From Tubulanus polymorphus (Eukaryota > Animalia > Nemertea): a DNA stretch of 64,000 bases. Positions within the stretch are counted from its first letter, which is position 1. Each line of letters starts with the position of its first letter. A program made the translations under genes and the position numbers. A model generated the notes under the pieces. It saw nothing but the letters and a program-made list of their open reading frames with translations, did not search any database and was not told the DNA's origin. Of the stretch, positions 46,301 through 57,600 are shown in pieces. Location of the stretch: positions 2,190,131 to 2,254,130 of the forward strand of contig NC_134033.1 of assembly GCF_964204645.1 (NCBI RefSeq). Reading direction: 5' to 3'.

Positions 46301-46381
46301 CGATAATTTCAGGTCGCTAAGATCAATTTCGCAGCCGGGCAGACGGTGGATGAAGAAGACGTTATCGTCGAATTAGAATAG
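28351..46381 (+). CDS. PCCA: Propionyl-CoA carboxylase alpha chain, mitochondrial (721 aa, 20 coding exons)
   Basis: Exons 28351-28431, 30308-30385, 31251-31367, 32064-32231, 34209-34377, 35025-35206, 35387-35481, 36011-36093, 36840-36977, 37696-37844, 37922-37990, 38715-38790, 38949-39059, 39539-39641, 40381-40486, 43262-43360, 43914-43967, 44436-44576, 45215-45292, 46313-46381; [53 protein letters not shown]; Arg-rich transit peptide. Confidence 0.95.
29297..30143. repeat. 40-bp minisatellite, ~21 copies
   Basis: tttattgagatgtatcaagagaccgacagggaatccatga unit. Confidence 0.95.
30405..30970. repeat. Degenerate ~35-bp tandem repeat
   Basis: ctggaaaactcatggaattttacaaattttctc variants. Confidence 0.8.
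32325..32452 (-). mobile_element. 5'-truncated copy of the poly(A)-tailed SINE at 40050-40240
   Basis: Reverse-complement similarity plus poly(T) tract. Confidence 0.7.
33440..34148. repeat. Cluster of ~47-bp-unit MITEs/arrays in both orientations
   Basis: Same family as 637-835. Confidence 0.8.
35495..35943. repeat. ~77-bp tandem repeat, ~6 copies
   Basis: cactagcgacacctggtggatcctcacttgccacaagtggaatcc... unit. Confidence 0.9.
36281..36700. repeat. ~152-155-bp tandem repeat, ~2.7 copies
   Basis: ttacaaaacc recurs at 36281, 36436, 36588. Confidence 0.85.
38181..38652. repeat. 63-bp tandem repeat built of actgtggaac subunits
   Basis: Directly visible; gives periodic spurious ORFs. Confidence 0.9.
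40050..40240 (+). mobile_element. tRNA-derived SINE with poly(A) tail
   Basis: A-box-like TAGCCGACTGG, B box GGTTCAAACCC, A-tail; second copy at 32325-32452. Confidence 0.7.
40530..40955. repeat. ~216-bp local tandem duplication
   Basis: gggttgaacatcgagttacttagatccag at 40532 and 40748. Confidence 0.85.
43455..43771 (+). mobile_element. Full-length tRNA-derived CORE-type SINE with L2-like tail
   Basis: A box TGGCCGAGCGG, B box GGTTCGAACCC, CORE-like gtgtcctcgggcaagacacttatcctc...gtaaatggg, tail gtaaagcgct...cgctatataag. Confidence 0.8.
44106..44372. mobile_element. piggyBac-type MITE (TTAA|CCCTTTCAGTGC...GCACGGAAAGGG|TTAA)
   Basis: TTAA target duplication and CCC/GGG ends. Confidence 0.85.
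45398..45460 (-). mobile_element. Degenerate tRNA-like SINE head
   Basis: Minus strand TGGTCTAGTGG A box and GGTTCAAACCC B box; no acceptor stem. Confidence 0.5.
45500..45887. repeat. 19-bp minisatellite (ggtgaccagtcagctatga / ggtgaccagtcaggtgtga), ~20 copies
   Basis: Directly visible. Confidence 0.95.
46058..46285. repeat. ~56-60-bp tandem repeat, 4 copies
   Basis: acagaaatatgaaagatgttactga... unit. Confidence 0.85.
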
Positions 46382-49300
46382 ACAGACGGGTTTTAGCTAC
46401 GTCTGCTCGCTAGATGGCGCATTAGTGCTTATTACGGTTCAACAGACGACAATGTACTCTAAAAAAAACAAAAAAACGAGACAATGAAAAATCATAAGTT
46501 CTACGACAGCGAATAGAAATAAACACTTGATTTTATCTGTGATACGAAAAAAAAGAAGATCCACACGCGAATCTGCCTTGATGGAATTGAAAGCGAAACT
46601 GAGCGGCACAGTTTTATAGATCAGAGAGTCCAGTTTCATTGAAACGGTTTGAGCTTAAAAAGTTTGAATTGTAATTTATAGTCCTCATGTAGTTGCGAAT
46701 CGGAATAACCAGTAAACCGAAAATTTGACTTCAACTTTTTTCTGTTTCTCGACCCTGGGCCCAGTTTCACAAAAAATTTTAACTCAAATTTTTGGTGTAA
46801 TTGCCATTGGTTACTTCATGTTTTCAAATGAGGACAACAATTCAAACTTAACCGTTTTATGCTTAAATTTTTCCTGAAACTGACCCCAGGTCTGTAAAAA
46901 ATATTAGAATATGGTCAGTTACGGTCTTTAACTAGGGCAGTTAAGTGCTCACAAGGGCTACGCCTTATCTTGTTAAGTGCCTTCTGTAGTCTGAGCAGAG
47001 AAATTTACCAGTGTCTAGTTTTATAAAAGAAATTTAACTTAAAATCTTTCAGTTTTGTTGCTAGTATAGGCGACTTCATGTTTTTGAAGTGGACATAAAT
47101 TCAAACTTAAACCATTTTAAGCTTAAACTTATTCATGAAACTGGATGCACCCTGCGGTTTATAGAAATGACCAAAATGCAGATTTTGCAAGATGTGACGC
47201 GGTATTTGGGATATTTTTCTACTACCAGTTTTTGTACTAATTACGAAATGCAAACGACGTTTTAATTACGATGTGTTTTCTACGGTAGTCGGTCGTCGTG
47301 TCGTGGTAGAAATATCCAGCAGGCACGGGCCACCGGTCTTTTCACTGGTCTCTCGTCAACCCGCCGTTCATGGATGTTTACTTGAATGCTGGTTGTGCGT
47401 AGCCTACTACATCGAAGCTGCCGCTTTTCAGGAGATGTCATTCGCTTGAAAGTTGTTCGAAGTTAATTGTCAAATAAACGCCACAATAACAATGCAATTT
47501 TGATTTTCACTACGTCAACTAATCGCTGGTTAACTCTAACCAACTTACCTCGAATTTACTAATAATGCAAAAACACTCAGTTCTTTCTTCTGTTATTAGT
47601 TCAGGTTTCGATTTTGGGATTAATCGATTTTGTGAATTTAGGTTACGTGCGAAACTTGTGGTTTCGAGATGTTTTTAGACGAAGGTCGTCTGCTAATAAG
47701 ACTACTAGACTAACTACTAGCTATGGGTGAACTGAATTGAACTGTCAGCAGGGTACAAACTAACTAAGCTAACTAAACTAACTTCTTTTTTGTATTTTTC
47801 GGATAAATGTATGATTCGTGTGATGCTGTGTTACTTTGAGACATTGTTGATGTTGATGTTTTAGAGAAAAGATTCTAGGGTAATATTTTCTATAGTGTAT
47901 TTTATTGTATTGTTTGTTTACTTGCTTGAAGTATAAGTCTTAATGTATTCAAATAGACATTAGCCTTTGGTCTGTTAAATCGTAGGCATCTTAATCCGAA
48001 TAATTTATCTACCTGTACGATTAATCTACCTAGTTCGTCGAATCAAACCTACACAACTGTGGAAGTGGATCTGGAGTCCAATTAAACCGACGCAAGTGTG
48101 GAACTGGAGCGAAAATAAACCCACACAACTGTGTAGCTGGGTCCAGCATCAAATAAAGCCAGAGTAGTATATTGCTTGTTGCCGGATTTGCTATTTAAGA
48201 GGCCTGTGGCTTATTTAGGCAAATACTTGTATGGCCAGTTAGTAAAAGGCATTTAGATGCTTGAGATATTTCCAGTATTTTAATGACATTTAGAGTGTTT
48301 GAATATCCTTGTAGATATTCCTCCTCAGATTTGTATGATTTCCAATGTTTTATCGACTGAATAAGCTTTAAGAAGTGTCCATTGTTTTCAATCACTTGTT
48401 CATCATTATTTCATCTAAACCTATATACAGTAGACATGTTTATGTGCTAGAATTCTTTTAAATCATGATACAGCTGCATTCATAGTTTGTTCTTCGAGGA
48501 CATCAGGACAATACCATTCCCATCAGGTCGTTTTGGGAATATCGATGAAGTAACCAAAATATTTTTTGTTGCATTGTGAGAAAATATTTTTTTTTCAATG
48601 AAAACCTACGTACGCATTCAATTTGAATCTGATTCTGATTGAATCAAAAACATAATATGAACTCTTCGAGTAATGATTGATCGAAATTTATGAAATGAGT
48701 TCATGAATTAATGAGGTATTAATATTAAAAGCATGTTTGTAGTCATCCATGACCGGACTGCATTTTTCAAAACAACTTCACTTCACGAACAAGTTTTACT
48801 CATTACTCAAACTACAATAGACTCAGGTCGTACAGTGGAGAACTATTACTATTAATTGAGGTGAAATCGTTCTTTTGAAAACTGCAGTCTAACTATATTT
48901 CTAGGCTTGTATTTATCATCCAGTTCTCTTCCAAACCGCGGTGTAAAGCTCGACTATGTATTGACTGTAGAAGCTTGACATGAAATGAGCATGAAATAAA
49001 TATATAAATTGATATTTAAAATTTTGTTTTAAGTTTAGCGTCTGTTTTATGGCAGCAGCTGTGATGCCCAATCCCCTGACTGGAAATACCGGAAAGCTTT
49101 TCAATGATTGGTTATCAATAGCGACTAATTCGATATTTTGAGTTAAGCTACTTTGCGAAACTAGGTCCACGGAGGATTTTCAATCGGATTTGTCTAGCAT
49201 TGAGTCGAAAAGGAATTGCATAATTTTGTTTTGTACGTTCCTAGAAGTGGGCTGTCAATTTCCTGTTCGGTAGAGTTTACAGTTGGGTTGAGACTTCAGA

Positions 49301-49503
49301 ATATTTCGTCACCCCAAAGAGGATGACATAGATTTAGTGACACAATTTCCCTAGGTTCATGATGTCCATTTTTGTTGGTTTTTCAAAAGGGAAGTAAATT
49401 ATTGAAGCTTCTGTACCAGTAACAGTATGCTTACTATTCACTATATGGAGGGAGGCACTTATGTTTATATTTTAGGAACATGTTTGGACTGGGTAAATAA
49501 TAA

Positions 49504-49651
49504 GGGATCATTCATTTATTACGTATGCATAATATTTTACTTTTTCAGCTCCCCCCTGTTTGCAAAATCAGCCATTTTTTCATATACATTAAGCATTACA
49601 GTACGCAACCCCTCCCCTCCCCTAATGCGTACGTAATAAATGAATGATCCC
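49504..49651. mobile_element. PIF/Harbinger (Tourist-like) MITE
   Basis: GGGATCATTCATTTATTACGTA TIRs; second copy at 59040-59202 has a TAA target duplication. Confidence 0.8.
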
Positions 49652-51552
49652 TATTCACTATGGAGGTGTTCACTACAGAGAGTTTTTCACTGAAGAAAGT
49701 TGTATTAAAAAAATCCTGATAGAAGCTTTTTCTGATTCTAATCCTTGTCTTAAGGTAAATTCGTTTATTTAGTTCGTACATCTCGCTGTTTTCAGTGTCT
49801 TCAAACCGAAAAAATATTGAATATTTCTGATAAGAAAATCCCAAAAATAACTGCAGACCGACATACAGTATAACTATTGATTTTATTGGCAAATCAAATA
49901 ACAAAGTTATCGCGTAGTAATGTCATAATTAAAATCGATAAAATTCAATATGAGACCGGGAATTCATGATATTTTTCAGTACCAGTATAACCTTAGATTA
50001 GACATTGTAGGGAGACATAACATTGAGATAGAAATAAATTAATCATTATATTCTACATAAGATGTGCTTAGTTCGGTTAACGTAAGAATAATATAATTTA
50101 AAAAAAATGTATCTAACAGCTGTGTAGTTTGTCTGAAATGAAAATGCTTTTCACTTTTTATGCAGTCTGCAGTCTGGAACATACACCCCTTAGGAAATTC
50201 ACAATTTCAGTGCCTAAATCTATTTTGCTTCAAACATAGTCTCAGGTGAAGTCCTGAACACATGAAGCGTGGACGATCAGTTTTTGAAGGTGTGATGATA
50301 AAATATCTAATGTCTGGTGTTTGTAGTTCATTTTCAATTAAAAATGTCTCAGGTGAAGCCCTGAACACATTTGAAGTGTGGAATATCAGTTTTTGAAAGT
50401 GCGCTGATAAAATGTCCGCAGTGAAAAATTGAAAGATTACTGGTATTTGAAATATATGACTTCAGATGGCACAGGGGTGAACTGACTGCAGACTCATACC
50501 CACATTAGGCTACATAATACGAAATACATTTTCGAATAAAATCTCAAGAGAGTTGACCCACATAAGTTAAAGTATGTGCCGACATTTAACAAAGCTTGGT
50601 AATTATCTAGCCTAGTTCTGTAAACGATTATAAGAAAATGATTCCTACCCCTTTGCATCCTACCTAGTATCACAGTAATATAAATACTTGACTCACATCA
50701 CAACACGTTCACATGAACAATAGAAATTATCATTATTCTCTAAAATAGCCATTATTGTTATTCTCTAAAATGGCCATTATTGTTATTCTCTAAAATGGCC
50801 ATTATTGTTATTCTCTAAAAAAATCTATTGCTTAGTTTAAAAGAAGTTTTTGGGCAGCACCGAAGCAGAGTCTAATGCGAATTAGGATACATCAGTAGTA
50901 AAACGTATGATTAAAAAGAGTGGAACAACATGGCAGATTCTTTGAAAGTAACATTCACAGAGAGACCCCTCTAAATTAAACGAAGATCTTCTCGAATGAG
51001 TTTGCAAAAGCGCTTTAAAGAAAACGGCCTGATTTCGCGAAAAAGTTCATGCTCAAAATGGTTCGAGTTTAGATTTTGCGGTTATTGAAAACAGACCGAC
51101 TAATTTAAAATAAAGCCAACTAAACGAGAAATTCGATAGGTTGCTAAAAATTCTTCTTTACTAAGTTTTATCTGAGAAATGATCAGTGGTCAAGGGCTGC
51201 AGTTGCTCTAAAAGTATGTTCTACAATCTACTGGTTTACTCCGGCAACAATCTTTTGAGCAACCGGTCCCAGCCGTTTTATCGAATAGATAAATCTTAAC
51301 CGTATGTTTCTATGGCTACCAACTGAAATGATTTTTCAAATCGTTACGGTTCGTAGGCATGGATCAGGGAGCATACTGTAAGACATTCGAAAAATGAAGT
51401 CCATTTTCTCTGATTCGAAGAAAACTTTTCAGCAATCCTTCGACACGTTTTAAAACATAAATAAAAAAGATGGCAAACATTTTATACATAGAGAATCCAC
51501 CAATAATCATCATTAATAACCTAAGTCGGAAAAATATTTCCTTTTTAGTAGT

Positions 51553-51597
51553 TTATTCGACGTTTCGACTATATCCTAATCGTCATCTTCAGGAATA
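51553..51597 (-). ncRNA. Minimal type I hammerhead ribozyme motif with GUC cleavage triplet (Penelope-like element remnant)
   Basis: Minus strand UAUUC-CUGAAGA-U-GACGAU-uaggau-AUAGUC-GAAAC-GUC-GAAUA; stem I UAUUC/GAAUA. Confidence 0.7.
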
Positions 51598-51909
51598 CAG
51601 CATTCCCGCTAGTGTTGAATATAATACTAGCTCAAGGAAACATTTTTCGGACTAGATATTATTTTTTTCTCATTATTATGGTGGGATTCTCTAGAAAGTA
51701 TCCTCACAACACGGATATAGTATTGCATCAGTGGTAAAGATTTCATATTCACTTATAGCTGTTGAACCGGACTGTGGTCCTTCGATTGTCATCCAAAAAT
51801 GAGCGAAACCAACCATTTTCGGTTAACCTTTTTCGTATGAAATCAGGCCTGTACCGAAGCTAACTGACTTGTAACACATCGAGCTGTTGTTTGTCGAACT
51901 AGAGATAAT

Positions 51910-54353
51910 CTAACTATCGTAGGGAGGAAGCCCGAACAGCTCCGGTTTAAAATCGGCCATCGAGTCGAGCGTCAGCGACGCGACGTTATCGTATTCGCTG
52001 CGGTCCGATTGGCTTTGAGGTCCGGGAATCCAAACGACCGACATTCCCGCGTTCGTGGCGGCCATCACTCCGTTGTCTGCATCCTCGAAAACTAACACCT
52101 GAAATCAAGATATCGTAATTATTCATATGACTTTAAAATCCAAAATGTTCCATTTTTTTTCTTATACAACTCAACAAAATATCTTCAATTTAATCTATGC
52201 ATTTTCCAAAACCAGTTTTATGAAATAAAAAAACCAACTCGAGTCCACTAATCCGTAGTTTTAAACTTTATTTTTTGACACAATTTCTACAAGATCTATT
52301 ATCAATACTATTTTATTTATAGTGCCTGTATCCACGTGATGTCAAAGTGTGTATACCAGATTCTAAACAATCAGATATATTTCTAGACGTCGTCTGAAAA
52401 TCGCTAAACTGTCTCACTCCTTATACCGGTGATAGACCAAAGTTTACGACTTGTAGCCAATGAAAATGATAGTTTCTAATCTTTAAGATTTTGATGAAAT
52501 CATAGAAAATAGAAAATAATATAATATGTGTAATTTAAATATAATATTCTATTTTCAATGAATTATTGATAATAGTTGGGAAGATATCAAGAGTTTAAAG
52601 GTACGTTCTAATCGTCCTAACGAAAATAACGAAATACGAATAATAACGTGATTTTCAGGCAGGGCAGACGGACAAACTCTCATAATTACCTGTTCGGGTT
52701 TCGGTTTGTCCTTGAATCGACTCGCGCACACCAGAAATCCGTCGGGCGCCGGTTTACCCTTCGCGACCTCCGGATCGCTGCTTAGCAACACGACGTGATC
52801 GAACAACGCGAACAGTTTTTTGTGATGCATCGTTTCGAGTTCGAAATTTTCAGTCGACGCCCCGGTCGCGACGGCCATCGGTACGTTGTGCTTGTGCAGA
52901 TGAGTTACGAGCTTTTTGACGCCTATAAAAAAAGGTGAAATCGATACAACATAAAACCAGCCTAATCCTGAACCAATTGATTTAACCCTTTCAGTGCGTC
53001 TACACCACAGTGCAGTGTATAAATCAGTGATAGATTTTGCTAGTACACCACACTGCGGTGTATTGATGTAATAAGTAATTAAGTTCTATCTCTATTGAAA
53101 GGTGGCAGAATCTGTCAAACATAGTGAAATACTAGTAACTAACGATACACCGCGTTGCGGTGTAGACATACTATAGTGGTATTCCCGTTATTCAACACAC
53201 TAGGGTGGAATTTTTTAGAATTTTCAAATTATATTATTAACTATAGGGTATTAATTAGTCAGCACTGAAAGGGTTAAGAAAACAAAATTTGGATTGGATG
53301 AAAGTATGACTGAATCCAACTTGAGCGCAGTCTACAGTCTACTGTCTAGTACATACACATACCTGGCATAAGTTCAGCTGTCGGGAATATGATTTTATAT
53401 TGTTCTAAACCTTTTTCCATGTATTGCTCTGGTGTCAGAGGTAGATCATAAGCATCTGAATAGAATAAACAAAAATAAACCATGTAGGCCTGTAGGTTTA
53501 TTCGTTTTATTCAACTATTAGCTCAAAATTAGGAAGTTTATTTTCCTTGATCTCCTGAAAGAATGAACGACTTTTATTTCTTTTGGTCCCACCCTATAAT
53601 CAGTAAAATTCGAAGCGCGCATTTCAACAGTACAGAAATTTGGAGAGACCCTGTCTGATGGGAAGGCCTCAGAAGGAGCCTTCAAGAATCTCCTGAAAAA
53701 AAATGTTCTGATCTCACTAGGGTTTATTTCTGAAATTTCTGAATATTCTATTTTTCAACATTTTGAATGATACGGTTAAGATAAGACTAGGCCTAAGACA
53801 GGATATAAATAAAATAAGTTATTTTATGTATGTCATAGACACTGGATTAACAGATTATGGTTTTAGCAGTTTCAACTCATGATCCTGGTCTGGGTCGGGT
53901 GTAGTCTAGTACCTAGCCGACGTTCCACAAACAACGACAGTAGGGAACTGGTAACAACGACTAGTATTCAGTCTAGGGGTGGGGCCTGTTACCTATCATG
54001 ATTTGCGCTGCTTCATCCAACTTGTGACCCATACATTTACTCTTAACCTCCCACGTGTAGGTTTTACCGCCGTATTCATCGAGAACTCGCTGTGTGGCTT
54101 TAGTATACAGAGTTTCAGTGTCTGAAAGTTAGAGTAGAGAAGAATAACAACACACAATCCGAAAAGAAATTCTAAAATTGGAACAAGGCGTTATGTTGCT
54201 GTAAAAGGCTGTCAGTGCTGAGTGACAAGCGAATAATCAATATTTACCCAATAGAAGACCGTCCATATCGAAGATTACGTGAGAAATCTTCGGAAAATCC
54301 GCCGATCCGTTCATTTCGCTGGTCGTAGTCGTCGATGCCATGGGCGCCGCCAT
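51910..54353 (-). CDS. PUDP: Pseudouridine-5'-phosphatase (HDHD1/GS1-like HAD hydrolase), 249 aa
   Basis: Exons 54353-54248, 54121-53993, 53455-53363, 52922-52690, 52098-51910; IFDMDGLLLDTE, LMPG, GKPAPD, VFEDADNGV, FKPELFGLP. Confidence 0.93.
52986..53273. mobile_element. piggyBac-type MITE
   Basis: TTAA target duplication; CCCTTTCAGTGC TIRs. Confidence 0.85.
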
Positions 54354-54674
54354 TTTGTTCTAGTCACATGACCACGTAACGCCATTTTCTGATTATCATA
54401 ATTTTTCCGATCTGTCGAGAAAATGTTATCGGAATTTTCGTTATTTCTGTCTCCTAATTTTCTGATATCGATTGCGCAATTCTCGCTTCAAAAGATTATA
54501 TTTCTTTGATGATGAATAAATTCGAATTTGAATTAGACGGCGACGCCATTTTGTTTTAGTCACATGATCGCGTGCTGTGAATTACGAATCGAAAGGGAGA
54601 AGCGCGTGTTTTTGACAATCGGATTTGAATCCGGAATCATCGGCGATATTTTTTTCGCGTCGACGGCACGAACG
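54354..54674. promoter_or_regulatory. Short bidirectional promoter (PUDP / Ig-domain gene) with duplicated GCCATTTT + GTCACATGA module
   Basis: Start codons 321 bp apart; module at 54348-54373 and 54544-54569. Confidence 0.6.
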
Positions 54675-57600
54675 ATGAGAATCTCGGCCATCGCGTCCGT
54701 TGCGTTGATCGTGTTTAATTTGATCAGTTGCATAAGGTGCGAAGGAAAGCGAGGCTTGAAAATAAGAAAAGGGTGCCAACTCGGCAGGACGGGCGGCGGC
54801 TGCCTGTTTAAAGGCAGGAAAGGTCAGTCGTTGGTTGCCAGTTTCTTTAGGAAAATGTTGATTTTGCGCTTGCGTTATTACAAAAATTAAGGATGAACTA
54901 AAAAGACCCCAAAAAGTTATTGAAGAAAATCTCAAAAACCAACCCCAGCAGAACAACAGAATCTTCCATCAATCCAGGTCAGGAAAAGAATCCCAGGCCT
55001 AGATTGAAATAATCCTCCAGTTGAAAAAAGAACCACCCATTTCAATAAAACCCCCAAAGTACAGACACCACAAGCCATGAGTGAAAAATAGGCCTCGCGG
55101 TTATTGCATGTCAGAAAAAATGAATCAATTCATTTGTATGTTACAGAAGGGTCAATATTTTCTACCCACATATTCATTGGATACTGGTTGGCTGAAATCT
55201 GGAGCACTGGAACCCTTAGGGTTCCCGCTGCCTGGATTCCCCAGGATGATAGAACCCCCCCCTTCCTAAGGCAATAGATTCCCCAAAACGATAGATCCCC
55301 TGCCTAAATAATATATTCCTCAGGATAATAGAACTCTTGCCTAAAAATAGATAACCCAGGACAAGAGAGCTTTTCCCCAGGACAATAGAACCATCTGGAC
55401 AAAAGAACCCTCTGTCTGGACAAAAGAACCCTCTGCCTGAACAATAGATTCCCCAGGACAAAAGAACCCTCTGCCTGAACAATATATTCGCCAGGACAAT
55501 AGAACCATTAGGACAAAAGAACTCTGCCTGAACAATAGATTCCCCAGGACAAAAGAACCCTCTGCCCAAACAATAGATTTCCCGGGACAATAGAACCCCT
55601 TGCCTGAGCAACAGATTCCCCAGGACAAGAGAACCACCAGGACAAAAGAACCCTCTGCCTGAACAATATAGTCCCTAGAAGAGAACCCCTTGCCTTTGTT
55701 AAATTCTTATCATCAGAACATGTCTATGCCATTTTCCTTGGCAGTTTATAGTGTAGGTGTACATGTTCATGTAGCCCTTATGACGTCACACACATTTAGC
55801 AAATAGTCATTGCACGTTCAGAAGATTTGAGCACTTCTTATTTTTCAAACCAATTTATAGTCATTCAAGTACAGCGTTTATTGCTGGTGTATGGGTCGGT
55901 TATCTGTTGAATGAGATTATAATAAGCAGTGTTGCCGGAGTTCCGGTAATTTCCCGAATTGAAAAATTGATGTGCGAAGAATTCTGGTTTTTTTCTTTTT
56001 TTTTTCTTGTATTAACAAATCTGCAAAAAGTGAAAAATATCAGAATCTTGCGTCTGATCCGTGCACTGAGAATTTTCGGAATTCTTTTTGTTCTTTATCC
56101 TTTTTTTCTCTTTTATTTAATTGTGTCTGTCCGTATCTTAGTAAACAATCTTTGTTATGAATAGAAATATCAATATTAACCCTTTCAGTGTTGCCTAATT
56201 AATATCCTATAGTGCTGGAGATAATTTGAAAATTTTTGAAATTCCACCCGGGTGTGTTGAATAACGGGAATATCACTATATTGCGTCTACACAGCGGCGC
56301 GGTGTATCGTTAGTTACTAGTATTTCACTACGTTTGACAGGTGCTGCCATTTTTCAAGAGAGATAATTACTAATTATATTAATAGACCACATTGCGGTGT
56401 ACTAGCAAAATCCATCACCGATTTATACACCGCATTGCGGTGTAGACACTGAAAGGGTTAAGGAAAAAAACTTTGAAATCTTTTGAGATAAAACTCATCA
56501 CTAATTACATCAATACACTGCAGTGCGGTGCACTAGCAAAATCTATCACTGATTTGTACACCGCACTGCAGTGTAAAGGGTTAGCCGATAAATTGGTTGT
56601 GTTATTTTCAGAGTTTGAACGGTCGAACGAGCAAGGTTACAACGCGATTTTAGCGTTCGAATGGCGATCGAGGATTATCGTCGGTAACGCCGACGACGTC
56701 TCGATGACGTGCCGCACGTGCGACTGGTTGGACTATTGTCACAAACCGTGGTCGTGGTTTATCAACGACACCTACTCGGTCGAGTCGATGCTGCGTAATC
56801 CGAAACACCGGCGCCATCTAGTGTAAGTATGCGAAAAAAATTTCTAACAAACTTCTGATTCGTTCGCTAAAGCTTTTAACTAATGATGTAAATTGTTTTT
56901 TTTCTATCTTTATGTTTAAATTGTGTTTTTATATTGTAAAGCCAATGAGCATATTTTATATGGATTTTAGGCCAAAATCACTCGATGGTCAGTTCCCTCA
57001 AATCATCTCAGTCATCATCTCTGGTTGGTTCCTTCACTCATCTTGGCCGATTTGTTTATCGAGTTCAGCAAACACATATAGTTAAGGCTAAACAAAAATG
57101 ATACCTTGTTTCTCCGCAGCGGCCGGGTCATTTTTGTAAAATATGATAGAATTTATAAACAGTTCATTTCTATACCGGCCGTATCTGTTATGGTAAAATT
57201 GATCACGATTTAAAAAAAAGTAATGTATAGGGTAGATAGGCGGCCGGCCGGGTCAACATTTAAGCTCAGCAGAGCGGAGAAACAAGGTATCAATTTTTTT
57301 TAGGCTTAGTGTCGGAAAAAAATAAAATCAGGGGGAAATCGGAAAATAATTATTCAGAAATGCCGGTTACGCGACAGGTTACTGTTTAAATTGTGAAATT
57401 CATATCTATTATCGATTCCGATTCATGATATCAATATTTATTATTTATGGCAGAACGTCGTATCGAGAACCGATACCGGACACGATCTATCCGAATGATC
57501 CGAACGATTGGAGGTCGCAAGTGACGAATATTCGCATTCCACCCGTGTCGCGGTGAGTAACTACATTACGTATTTCACCGCTCGATCGATTTAACCCTTT

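Noticed and set aside
48195-49400. Minus-strand ORF fragments, possibly a decayed transposase or gene
   Set aside because: Interrupted by stops; no motif or consistent splice chain recognised
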